Source of the DNA: Rubrobacter sp.
GTDB lineage: Bacteria; Actinomycetota; Rubrobacteria; Rubrobacterales; Rubrobacteraceae
Direction of reading: 5' to 3'
DNA: 40,432 bases
Assembly (NCBI GenBank): GCA_016781725.1
Contig: JADDPU010000279.1
Location: 10,236-50,667, forward strand
A program made the position numbers and the translations under genes. Below the pieces are notes generated by a model, which saw nothing but the letters and a program-made list of their open reading frames with translations, was not told the DNA's origin and made no database searches. Position 1 is the first letter of the stretch, and each line of letters opens with the position of its first letter. This document shows, piece by piece, positions 25,532 to 33,790 of the stretch.

Positions 25532-26283
25532 GCTGGGCGCCGGGTGGTGGCGGTGAGGCGGGGGCCCGAGAGCGTGGTCCCGGGAGCGTGGGCTAAGACG
25601 TGTGAGCGGACGACGCGCAGTACGCTCTCCCCGAGACCGCTCTGCGTGGGCGCGTCCCTGATGGGACCCTCGATCAAAGCTCTCAGCCGCCCGAGCGTAC
25701 CGGGGGCAAGCGGGAAGGCCTCACCGGTCATCGAGCGGCACTCGGCGCAGAGCACGCCGCCGAGCTGCGGGGCGAAATGCAGCGGCTCGGCCGCGTCCTC
25801 AAGGTCAGTCTCGCAGGCCAGGCATACGTCCAGCTGCGGGGCGTAGCCGGCGAGGATGGAGAGCTTCAGGCCGAGGGCCGCCTCGATGGCCTGGAAGCCC
25901 GACTCTGCCCCTTCGAGCGCGTCGAGGCCTTTATAGAGCAGGTTGAAGACGCGGCGGTCGGCCTCGTCGCCGCCCGAGAGGGCGCGCACGCTCCCTACCA
26001 TGCCGGCGGCGGCCTCGAAGCGGGCCAGGTCCTCGCGGATGCCGTGAAAGCTCCGCAGCGTCTCCGCCTGGGTCAGGGTGTCCAGCGTGCGGCCCCGGTA
26101 GGCTACGAAGTCCACGCAGGAGAGCGGCTCGAGGCGGGCGCCGAAGCGGGACTTGGTGCGGCGGATACCCTTGACGATCGCCGAGACGAGCCCGGCGTCG
26201 CGGGTGTAGAGGTCGAGGATGCGATCCGCCTCGCCGTAGCGGATCGAGCGGAGCACGATCCCCTTACTCTTGTAGACCGCCAC
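25528..26283 (-). CDS. recO: DNA repair protein RecO
   Basis: GIVLR...YGEADRI, G.RR.KSRF...LEP, zinc-binding CLAC...GGVLCAEC. Located near era. Confidence 0.93.
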   Translation of the reverse strand: MAVYKSKGIVLRSIRYGEADRILDLYTRDAGLVSAIVKGIRRTKSRFGARLEPLSCVDFVAYRGRTLDTLTQAETLRSFHGIREDLARFEAAAGMVGSVRALSGGDEADRRVFNLLYKGLDALEGAESGFQAIEAALGLKLSILAGYAPQLDVCLACETDLEDAAEPLHFAPQLGGVLCAECRSMTGEAFPLAPGTLGRLRALIEGPIRDAPTQSGLGESVLRVVRSHVLAHAPGTTLSGPRLTATTRRPA

Positions 26284-26977
26284 CCTCGGCCTCCTCCATC
26301 ACGGCGACGCTGGCGCTCATGCCGAGCCGCGAGGCGCCTGCGTTCAAGATGTCCAGGGCCTCCTCCAGCGTGCGGATGCCCCCCGAGGCCTTTACTGCCA
26401 GACCCTCGGGCGCCTCCTCCCTGAGCAGGGCCACGTCCTCAGGTGTGGCGCCGCCCGGGCCGAAGCCTGTCGAGGTCTTCACGAAGTCCGCGCCGCTGGA
26501 GGCGACGATCTGGGTCGCCAGCCGCTTCATCTTGTCCGACAGGTAAGCCGTCTCGATGATCACCTTCACCACCACGTCGTTGAGGCCGTTGTTCATGGCG
26601 ACGACGCTAACCTCCTGGGTGAGGCTCGCGAGCTCGTCGGCGACGTAGTCGAAATCCCCTGAAAGGAACCTGGAGATGTTCATGACCACGTCCAGCTCCG
26701 AGGCCCCCCTGGTAACCGCCTCCCTGACCGCCGAGAGCTTCACGGTCGTGGCGTCCGACCCGAAGGGAAAAGAGACCACGGTCGCCACCTTTACGTCGGC
26801 CCCGCGGAGCTCCTTTGCGGCCAGCGGCACGTAGCACGGGGGGATGCACACCGCGGCGAAGTGGTGGCGGGCCGCCTCCTCGCACAAGCGCACGATCTCC
26901 TGCCTCTTGGCGTCAGGCTTCAGAAGGGTGTGGTCCACCGTCTTCGCGAACTCCCGCACCCTCATCGCCAACGCCAA
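26264..26977 (-). CDS. deoC: deoxyribose-phosphate aldolase
   Basis: DHTLLKP, VVSFPFG, ELDVV, KVIIETAYL, ADFVKTSTGF, VKASGGIR. SD spacing favours TTG 26971 as the true start. Confidence 0.96.
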   Translation of the reverse strand: MALAMRVREFAKTVDHTLLKPDAKRQEIVRLCEEAARHHFAAVCIPPCYVPLAAKELRGADVKVATVVSFPFGSDATTVKLSAVREAVTRGASELDVVMNISRFLSGDFDYVADELASLTQEVSVVAMNNGLNDVVVKVIIETAYLSDKMKRLATQIVASSGADFVKTSTGFGPGGATPEDVALLREEAPEGLAVKASGGIRTLEEALDILNAGASRLGMSASVAVMEEAEGGGLQE

Positions 26978-27008
26978 GCTCCTCTCTCGACTCCTGAACG
27001 TAAGGTGA

Positions 27009-27932
27009 TTATAAACCCAACCGCTCGAGGAACTTCTTGTCGCTCCTCCATCCCGGGCTAACCTTTACCTTAAGATCGAGGTAGATGCGGGTGCCGAGCA
27101 GGCGTTCCACGTCGCGGCGGGCCTCGGTGCCGATCTGCTTTATGGTCTTGCCACCTTTGCCGAGCACGATCATGCGCTGGGTTGCGCGTTCGACGTGGAT
27201 TACCGCGTAGACAACCGTCACGCTCTCCTTGCGCTCTACGTCCTCGATCTCGACGGCCACTGCGTGCGGCACCTCCTCGCGCAGCACGTTCAGCGCCTTC
27301 TCGCGCACGTACTCGCCGAGGATCAGGGACTCAGGGTAGTCGGTGATCGTCCCCTCCGGGAAGTAGCGCGGACCCTTGGGCAACAGCCCGACCACCGACT
27401 CGAGCAAGGGCTCGACGTTGGTTCCGTCCGTAGCGCTGATCGGGAAGATCTCGCGCCAGTCTCCAAGGGCGGCCACCGCCTCGGCTATGGGCAGGGCCTG
27501 CGCGCGGTTGTGGAGGAGGTCGATCTTGTTGATGCCGACGATGGCCGGCGTGCCGGACTCCGCCACGAGGCGGGCGACGTAGCGGTCGCCGGTGCCGACC
27601 TCCCCGGCCGCCTGCGGCGCGTCGAGCAGGAACAGGATGGTGTCTGACTCGGAGAGGCTGTCCAGGACCTGCTCCTGCATCCTGGCGCGCAAAGTGTCGC
27701 GGGGTTTCTGGGAGCCCGGGGTGTCCACGAAAATCGCCTGGTAGCCAGGCCCGTTGCGCACGCCCCGGATCGGGCCGCGGGTAGTCTGCGGACGGGGGGA
27801 GGTGATCGAGACCTTCTGCCCCACCAGCCGGTTGACGAGCGTGCTCTTCCCCACGTTCGGCCGCCCCACCACGGCGACGAAGCCGCTCTTGAGGCCGTTC
27901 GTCTCCGCGCCGACTATCAGGTCGCCTTTCAC
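27009..27932 (-). CDS. era: GTPase Era
   Basis: SGFVAVVGRPNVGKSTL, PQTTR, DTPG, NKID, and a KH domain (GKGG..IK.IG). Confidence 0.97.
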   Translation of the reverse strand: MKGDLIVGAETNGLKSGFVAVVGRPNVGKSTLVNRLVGQKVSITSPRPQTTRGPIRGVRNGPGYQAIFVDTPGSQKPRDTLRARMQEQVLDSLSESDTILFLLDAPQAAGEVGTGDRYVARLVAESGTPAIVGINKIDLLHNRAQALPIAEAVAALGDWREIFPISATDGTNVEPLLESVVGLLPKGPRYFPEGTITDYPESLILGEYVREKALNVLREEVPHAVAVEIEDVERKESVTVVYAVIHVERATQRMIVLGKGGKTIKQIGTEARRDVERLLGTRIYLDLKVKVSPGWRSDKKFLERLGL

Positions 27933-28333
27933 AGGTGCTCCGGCCCAAACGAGTTCGGCAGGATCTCCTCGAAGGGGTAGCGGCGCAACCCCGCCCCGTC
28001 TTCTACGACCACCTCCTTGCAGCCGAACTCGCGAAGGAACTGACGGCAGGCCCCGCAGGGAAAGCAGGGTGCCGCGTTCGGGCTGAAGACGGCTACCAGC
28101 TCTATCTGCCGGTCCTCGGGGTCGGCCGCGGCCATCGTGGTCGCGGCGTTGCGCTCGGCGCAGATGGAGAGCCCGTAGGAGGCGTTCTCGACGTTGCAGC
28201 CCGTGTGGACGGCTCCCCCTGAGGTCAGGATGGCGGCGCCGACCAGAAAATCGCTGTAGGGTGCGTAGGCCCGCTCGGAGGCAGCGCGGGCGGCGCTCAT
28301 CACGGTTTCGAGGTCCAAGTCTTCTCCCCTCAC
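27929..28333 (-). CDS. cdd: cytidine deaminase
   Basis: AYAPYS.F.VGAA, GCNVENASY, CAER, PCGACRQ. Confidence 0.96.
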   Translation of the reverse strand: MRGEDLDLETVMSAARAASERAYAPYSDFLVGAAILTSGGAVHTGCNVENASYGLSICAERNAATTMAAADPEDRQIELVAVFSPNAAPCFPCGACRQFLREFGCKEVVVEDGAGLRRYPFEEILPNSFGPEHL

Positions 28334-29073
28334 AGTAGCTGGAAGGCCGCCGTGGCCACGAGGACCCCGATCACTGCCCCCATCGCGACCTGGTAGACGC
28401 TGTGAATGCCGCTCTCGACCCGGCTCTGGCAGACCAGCAGGGCCATGAGCAGCGAGATCACCGAAACGAGACCGGCGTAGCGCCCGGCCCCGCCGTCCAG
28501 GGCTATGAAGCTGGCGGCGACCCAGGCGGCGAAAGCTACAGCCGCGTGTCCCGATGGCATCCCCCCGGCGACGACGCTGGGAGAGCGCGTGACCGCCTTG
28601 CCGAAGAGCACTATCAAGACTACCACGCCGAGCGCGACGAGCGTCAGGTGGCCCGGCCAGCGGCGGATGCTCTCGAGGGTCTCGAGGGAGAGTGGGCCCA
28701 GGTTGTCAGCCAGGATCAAGTAGCCCACGAGCACGGCCCCCACGCTCGAGACGAGGACCGCCCCTGCCGATACGTCCTTCGCCAGTTTGGCCAGCGGATG
28801 GTACTCGCGGGTGACCATGTCCACCACGAACTCCATAGCCGTGTTGAACATCTCGGTAACGAAGACCAGGAGTATGGTCAGCACCAGGACCGCGAGCTCG
28901 AGCTTGCTTACCCCCACCAGAAGGCTCGCCACCAGGACCAACACGGCCGCCGCGACGTGAAAGCGCATGTTGCGCTGTGTCCTGACGGCCGAGATCATAC
29001 CGCGATAGGCGTGCTCGAAGCTGCGTCCCACGCCTTGCTGGCCCTTGACGGGCCGCTCAACCTTCTTCGCCAC
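28330..29073 (-). CDS. dgkA: DgkA-family undecaprenol/diacylglycerol kinase fused to a PAP2 phosphatase domain
   Basis: N-terminal half: N.RFH...E.FNTA.E..VD...AK.AKD..AGAV. C-terminal half: GGMPSGHAA...SRV..GIH. Confidence 0.88.
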   Translation of the reverse strand: MAKKVERPVKGQQGVGRSFEHAYRGMISAVRTQRNMRFHVAAAVLVLVASLLVGVSKLELAVLVLTILLVFVTEMFNTAMEFVVDMVTREYHPLAKLAKDVSAGAVLVSSVGAVLVGYLILADNLGPLSLETLESIRRWPGHLTLVALGVVVLIVLFGKAVTRSPSVVAGGMPSGHAAVAFAAWVAASFIALDGGAGRYAGLVSVISLLMALLVCQSRVESGIHSVYQVAMGAVIGVLVATAAFQLL

Positions 29074-29491
29074 CCACCTCCCCCATCACTGCCTCCTGGA
29101 CCCTGGCCATCTCGCTACCGTCGAAGTCCTCCCCGTGGTCCATGCCGCCAAGGTGCAGGGCCCCGTGTACCACCAGCTCCTCTATCCCCATCTCGGGGCT
29201 CGCGCACTCGGGGCATACCACCACCTCGCCGACCATCTCCCCGTAAGGCCCGTCTACCTCGAAGCTCAGTACGTCGGTAGGCTCGTCCTTGCCCCTGAAC
29301 CTGGCATTCAAACCCCGGATCGTCTCCGCGTCGACGAGGGCCACGGAGACTTCTCCGACGCGCCCGAGGTCGAGACCCAGGCGGGAGAAGGAGGCGGCGA
29401 AGAGGCGGGCCGCGCGTTCCTCGCCTAGCGAACCCTGGTCCACCTCGTCCAGGACCGCGACGGCGAAGGGCGCGGGAGGCCGGTAGCTCAG
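29057..29491 (-). CDS. ybeY: rRNA maturation endoribonuclease YbeY (probable CTG start)
   Basis: LN..FRGKD.PTDVLSF and HGALHLGGMDH. The track start is GTG 29443. An in-frame CTG at 29491 overlaps the upstream stop (CTGA), has GAGG 7 nt upstream, and adds SYRPPAPFAVAVLDE. Confidence 0.92.
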   Translation of the reverse strand: MSYRPPAPFAVAVLDEVDQGSLGEERAARLFAASFSRLGLDLGRVGEVSVALVDAETIRGLNARFRGKDEPTDVLSFEVDGPYGEMVGEVVVCPECASPEMGIEELVVHGALHLGGMDHGEDFDGSEMARVQEAVMGEVGGEEG

Positions 29492-31101
29492 CTGACGTCC
29501 TCGCCCGTCGCGCCGACGGCTTTACCGGAGGTCTTGCCGTTTCGGGCCTCCGCCGGCGACGCCTCCGGATACTCGACGCGGGGCCCGAGAAAGCCGATCA
29601 GGGCCTCCCGGATCGCCTCTCCGGACTCGTGGATGTCATGCATGGTGAGCTCGCACTCGTCGAACTGGCCGTCCTGGAGCTTGCGCCTTACGGTATCCGC
29701 GACGACGTCCTCTATGCGCTTGGGCGTCGGCTTGGGCAGGGACTTTACGGTAGCCTCGATGGAGTCGGCGAGCATCATGATACCGGCCTCCTTAGATCTG
29801 GGAAGCCCGCTCGAGTAGCGGAAGTCCGACTCGCTGACCTCCGACGGGTCCATGGCCTTCTCCAGCGCCTTGCGGTAGAAGTACTCGATGCGCGTCGAGC
29901 CGTGGTGCTGGGCGATAATGTCCAGGATCTCCTGCGGCAGCCCCCAGGCTTCGCCTATCTCGAGACCGTCTTTGACGTGGCGCTTTATCACCTTGGCCGA
30001 GAGCGTGGGCGAGAGCGCGGCGTGGGGGTTGATCTGGGCTATCTGGTTCTCGACAAAGTAGGCGGGGTGCTCCATCTTGCCGATGTCGTGGTAGTAGGCC
30101 CCGACCTGGGCGAGCAACGCGTTGGCCCCGATCCTCTCGGCAGCCCTCTCCGCCAGCAACCCTACCTGCATGGAGTGGGAGAAGGTACCGGGGGCGTTGC
30201 GCAAAAGCTTGTCCAGCAGGGGATGGCGCGGGTCGGAGAGCTCGAGCAGCTTCATGGGGGTGAGGATGTTGAAGGCATCCTCGAGCAGCGGCAGCAGCAG
30301 CGTGGCTAGCATCAACGAGAGCAGGCCGTTGCCGAGCCCCAAGACCCCCTGCCACAGAGCGTCCCGGAAATGCCCGCCCCCTACCAGGCCCACCGCAAAG
30401 GTAACTACGCCCATCACGACGGCGACGAACAGGCCGGCCTTCATAAGCCGCTGGCGCGAATCGACCCGCACGGTGGAGTAGATAGCAAAGCCCGAGCCGA
30501 GAAGCAGGGACGCGGTCAGGAGAAAGTCGTTGCCGCTCATGATCCCGACGTTCACGCTGGTGATCACGACCATCAGGAACATCAGCCGGGGCCCTAGCAG
30601 CATCGTCCCGATGATGGAGAGGCCCGCAAGCGGCGTCAGGAACGGGTTGAAAGACAGCTCTATAAAGATCCGGGCGAGCGCCGTGAACATCACGGTCAGG
30701 GAGGCTGCGAGGACGATCCGTATCGCCATGTTGGTTTTGAGGATGCGGCGCCCGAAGCGCTCAAGAAAGTACCAGGCGACACCCATCTCGGCCGCTACCA
30801 CGATACCCACCCCCAACAACACGGTCCAGGGGTTCGGGTCCTGTATCAGGGACTCCAGGCGTTGCAGATCCCCGCTCTCGATGATCCCCTGGGCGACGGT
30901 CCGCTCGATGGGAAGGCGCGTGCCGATGCTTATGAGGGCGGTCAAGGCGAGCCAGGTCAGCGTCGTCAGCGCTATGTACAGCCGGGTTCTGGGCTGTACC
31001 TGGATCCAGGCCCTAAAGCTCTCGAACCAGGTCGGGGAGCGGTGGAGCTCGTCCACCTTCTTTACGAGGGCCTTTTTGCGGATCTGCTTTCCGGTTTTCA
31101 T
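29488..31101 (-). CDS. 7TM-HDIG HD-family phosphohydrolase (PgpH/YqfF-like, putative c-di-AMP phosphodiesterase)
   Basis: Multiple TM helices, then LLELSD..HPLL, APGT..HS, YYHDIGK, F.ENQ, QHHG, MLADS.EA, DGQFDEC. Lies between phoH and ybeY. Confidence 0.85.
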   Translation of the reverse strand: MKTGKQIRKKALVKKVDELHRSPTWFESFRAWIQVQPRTRLYIALTTLTWLALTALISIGTRLPIERTVAQGIIESGDLQRLESLIQDPNPWTVLLGVGIVVAAEMGVAWYFLERFGRRILKTNMAIRIVLAASLTVMFTALARIFIELSFNPFLTPLAGLSIIGTMLLGPRLMFLMVVITSVNVGIMSGNDFLLTASLLLGSGFAIYSTVRVDSRQRLMKAGLFVAVVMGVVTFAVGLVGGGHFRDALWQGVLGLGNGLLSLMLATLLLPLLEDAFNILTPMKLLELSDPRHPLLDKLLRNAPGTFSHSMQVGLLAERAAERIGANALLAQVGAYYHDIGKMEHPAYFVENQIAQINPHAALSPTLSAKVIKRHVKDGLEIGEAWGLPQEILDIIAQHHGSTRIEYFYRKALEKAMDPSEVSESDFRYSSGLPRSKEAGIMMLADSIEATVKSLPKPTPKRIEDVVADTVRRKLQDGQFDECELTMHDIHESGEAIREALIGFLGPRVEYPEASPAEARNGKTSGKAVGATGEDVS

Positions 31102-31134
31102 GGTCGAACCGGGGCCGGCATCGTGCCCGGCGTC

Positions 31135-32103
31135 CTACCCCTTCTCACCCTCTCCAGCCCCTTCGTAGGCGTCTACTATCCGCATAACGAGGTCGCTCCT
31201 TACGATGTCGTCGCGCCGCAGCCCGACGAAATCCACGCCCTCCACCTCCCTTAGCGCCTTCCTGGCATCCTGAAGACCGCTCAGGTGTCCCTTGGGGAGG
31301 TCGATCTGCGTGATGTCGCCAGTTATCACCATCTTGGACCCGAAGCCCAGGCGCGTCAGGAACATCTTCATCTGCTGCGGGGTGGTGTTCTGCGCCTCAT
31401 CGAGGATGATGAACGCGTCGTTCAAGGTGCGGCCTCTCATGAACGCCAGGGGTGCGATCTCGATTATACCGCGCTCCAGATGCGCCTGAAACTTTGCCGG
31501 GTCCATCATCTCGTAGAGCGCGTCGTAGAGCGGCCTGAAGTACGGGTCTACCTTCGCCATCACGTCCCCAGGCAGGTACCCGAGCGACTCCCCGGCCTCG
31601 ACCGCAGGACGGGTCAGGATGATCCTGGCCACCTCGCCCCTGTTGAGGGCCTCGACTGCCAACGCCACTGCGAGGTAGGTCTTCCCGGTCCCCGCAGGCC
31701 CGATGCCGAAGACTACCTGGTGCTCGCGGATGGCGTCGGTGTAGGCCTTCTGGTTGCGGGTCTTCGGCGCCACCCGTCGTCCCCGGTGCGTGAGGATCAC
31801 GTCGCCGAGCACCTCCCGCCCTCCGCCGCCGTCCGCCATCTTGTACAGGCGCTCGGCGGTCTCTGGCGTGGGGTGGTGCCCCTCCTCGGCGAGACCGACC
31901 AACCCGTCGAAGACGGCCTCAGCCCTCTCGACAGCAACCTCGTTGCCGCGCAGGACGATCTCGTTGCCCCGCACGACGACCTCGCACTCGACGAGTTCCT
32001 CGACCCGCCTCAAGACGGTGTCTCGCTCGCCGAAAACCTCCAAGGTCCGGCCCGGCGGTATGACGAGCTTGACTTCTACCTGGCTGCCCGTTGTCGTGTC
32101 CGT
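31135..32103 (-). CDS. phoH: PhoH-family ATPase (possible ACG start)
   Basis: GIGPAGTGKT, LTRPAVEAGE.LGYLPG, APLAFMRGRTL, LDEAQN, GD.TQ.DL. The track start is TTG 32043. The strong SD AAAGGAG sits 5 nt before an in-frame ACG at 32103. Confidence 0.93.
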   Translation of the reverse strand, partial: TDTTTGSQVEVKLVIPPGRTLEVFGERDTVLRRVEELVECEVVVRGNEIVLRGNEVAVERAEAVFDGLVGLAEEGHHPTPETAERLYKMADGGGGREVLGDVILTHRGRRVAPKTRNQKAYTDAIREHQVVFGIGPAGTGKTYLAVALAVEALNRGEVARIILTRPAVEAGESLGYLPGDVMAKVDPYFRPLYDALYEMMDPAKFQAHLERGIIEIAPLAFMRGRTLNDAFIILDEAQNTTPQQMKMFLTRLGFGSKMVITGDITQIDLPKGHLSGLQDARKALREVEGVDFVGLRRDDIVRSDLVMRIVDAYEGAGEGEKG

Positions 32104-32125
32104 CTCTACTCCTTTCTTGAACCTT

Positions 32126-32244
32126 CTAGCTATCAGGAGCCCTCGGCCGTCGGCCTCTCCCGGTCACCTTTATCGCAAAGTCCGGCGCTCTCAGGCAGTA
32201 CTTGGCGTTCGCCGTGACGCGCGCCGGCATCACCCCTCCTGATA
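32126..32244 (-). other. structured intergenic element or 34-aa small ORF between yqeY and phoH
   Basis: 9-bp terminal inverted repeat TATCAGGAG (32131-32139) / CTCCTGATA (32236-32244) with internal stems. An ORF ATG 32230 to TAG 32126 is preceded by AGGAGG. Confidence 0.35.
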
Positions 32245-32261
32245 CCTGTAACTCATAGCCT

Positions 32262-32705
32262 TCATTGCAGCCGCTTTCGCGCCAGCGCGGAGAGCTCGCG
32301 TCCCTCGGCGCGGCCGCCGGAGAGCTCCATGGCCCGCCCCATGACGGCGCCCATATCCTTCATGCCTGTAGCCCCGGTCTCCGCCACCGCCCGGTCGACT
32401 ATCTCCTCGAGCTTTTCCTGCGAGAGAGGCTCCGGCAGGTACGAGCGGACGATCTCGGCCTCCGCCGCCTCGGAGGCGGCCCTCTCCTCCCGGCCGGCCT
32501 TCCTAAACGCCGTCGCGGACTCCTCGCGCTGCTTGAGCTGGCGCCGCAGGATGGTCTGTTCCTCCCGCTCTTCGAGCTGCCTACCCGCCTCTATCTCCCC
32601 GTTCTTGAGCGCGGCCCCGATCATCCGCAAGGCGGCTACGCGGGTCTTGTCCCGCTCCTTCATGGCGGTCTTGGTGTCGCGCCTTATCCTCTCCGACACG
32701 CTCAC
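32262..32705 (-). CDS. yqeY: GatB/YqeY domain protein
   Basis: Starts at GTG 32705 (GTGA overlap with the HIT gene). K.AMK..DK.R...LR, KQREES...F..AGR, YLPEPLS, KDMG.VM. Confidence 0.92.
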   Translation of the reverse strand: MSVSERIRRDTKTAMKERDKTRVAALRMIGAALKNGEIEAGRQLEEREEQTILRRQLKQREESATAFRKAGREERAASEAAEAEIVRSYLPEPLSQEKLEEIVDRAVAETGATGMKDMGAVMGRAMELSGGRAEGRELSALARKRLQ

Positions 32706-33046
32706 GGCATCCCCAGCCTCTGCCCGCCCATGACGTGCAGGTGCAGGTGGAAAACCTCCTGCCCAGCGTCGGGCCCGTTGTTGACCCGCACGGCGTATCC
32801 GCCCTCCGTAACCCCCAGCTTCTCCGCCACGGCGCTGGCGACCGCGAAGAGCCTTTTCGCCACCGCGTCCGGAAGCGCATCGATCGCCTCGAGGTTGGCC
32901 ACGTGGCGCTTGGGGATGACCAGGACGTGGACCGGGGCCCGCCCGTTCATGTCGTTGAAGGCCAGAACCTCGTCCTCGTCGTGGACTACCTCGGCCTCTA
33001 TCTCCCCTCCTACTATCCCGCAGAACACGCACTCAGTCTCGCTCAT
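32702..33046 (-). CDS. histidine triad (HIT/HinT) nucleotide-binding protein
   Basis: CVFC.I..G, AF.D...APVH.LVIPK.H, AGQEVFHLHLH. Confidence 0.94.
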   Translation of the reverse strand: MSETECVFCGIVGGEIEAEVVHDEDEVLAFNDMNGRAPVHVLVIPKRHVANLEAIDALPDAVAKRLFAVASAVAEKLGVTEGGYAVRVNNGPDAGQEVFHLHLHVMGGQRLGMP

Positions 33047-33061
33047 GGCGACCGACTCTCC

Positions 33062-33763
33062 TCAAGACCTCACCCTACTCTCTAAAGCCGCCCGCGCCCG
33101 CGCCACGGCAACCATCCCTGCAGTCTCGCTGCGCAACCTGTAGGGACCCAACCCGGCGAAGGCGAGCCCCGCCTCTGCCGCGAGCCGCAACTCGCCCTCG
33201 CTCCACCCGCCTTCCGGCCCCACGAAGAGGCCCACAGGAGACCGAACAAAGGACTCGACGGCCCCCAACCCCGCGGCGTTGTGCAACAGCACCCCGTCCT
33301 CCCCAGCCTCGCGGACCGCGCGGACGAACGGCACCGGTTCTCGCACCTCGGGCACGCGGAGCCTGAGCGACTGGCGCGCCGCGGCCTCCGCCACCCGGCG
33401 CCAGCGCCCTACCTTCCCCTCGCGCGGGTTCACAACACCCCGCTCCGTCACGAGCGGCACGATGCAGGAAACCCCCACCTCCGTCGCCTTCTCGACCAAG
33501 AGGTCCATACGCCCGCCCTTTGGCACTGCCTGGTAGAGGGAGATCTCGGCGTCCCCAGTACGCGTCGCCGCGAGCTCCTCCAGAACGTCAGCCTGCCGCC
33601 CGCCGCCGAGCTCCGCGGCGAACAGGCGCCCCGTACCGTCAACTACCTCGACGAGGTCCCCCTCCCTGCCACGCAGGACCTTGAGCACGTGGTGGGCCTC
33701 CCCCTCGGGCAGTCGCAGCGGCCCGCCGGCCTCAAGAGCCTGGCCGACGAAGATGCGGGTTAT
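33062..33763 (-). CDS. rsmE: 16S rRNA m3U1498 methyltransferase (start codon non-canonical or uncertain)
   Basis: EAHHVLKVLR, K..RMD..VEKATEVGV, EAAARQS.R, VGPEGGWS..E, LG...LRSETA. The conserved N-terminus (TRIFV...EAHH) lies upstream of the track start at 33688. No in-frame ATG/GTG/TTG occurs between 33688 and the dnaJ stop. Confidence 0.9.
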   Translation of the reverse strand: MTRIFVGQALEAGGPLRLPEGEAHHVLKVLRGREGDLVEVVDGTGRLFAAELGGGRQADVLEELAATRTGDAEISLYQAVPKGGRMDLLVEKATEVGVSCIVPLVTERGVVNPREGKVGRWRRVAEAAARQSLRLRVPEVREPVPFVRAVREAGEDGVLLHNAAGLGAVESFVRSPVGLFVGPEGGWSEGELRLAAEAGLAFAGLGPYRLRSETAGMVAVARARAALESRVRS

Positions 33764-33790
33764 CGGCGTTCGCGTGACGGAACCACCCTC

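Noticed and set aside
32150-32246. SAM-I riboswitch-like start (TATCAGGAG...GCCAAGT...CTGAGAG)
   Set aside because: The kink-turn/pseudoknot core (GGAGGGA..GGCCC, GCAACC) is missing and the downstream genes are unrelated to sulfur metabolism. Kept only as an unclassified structured element.
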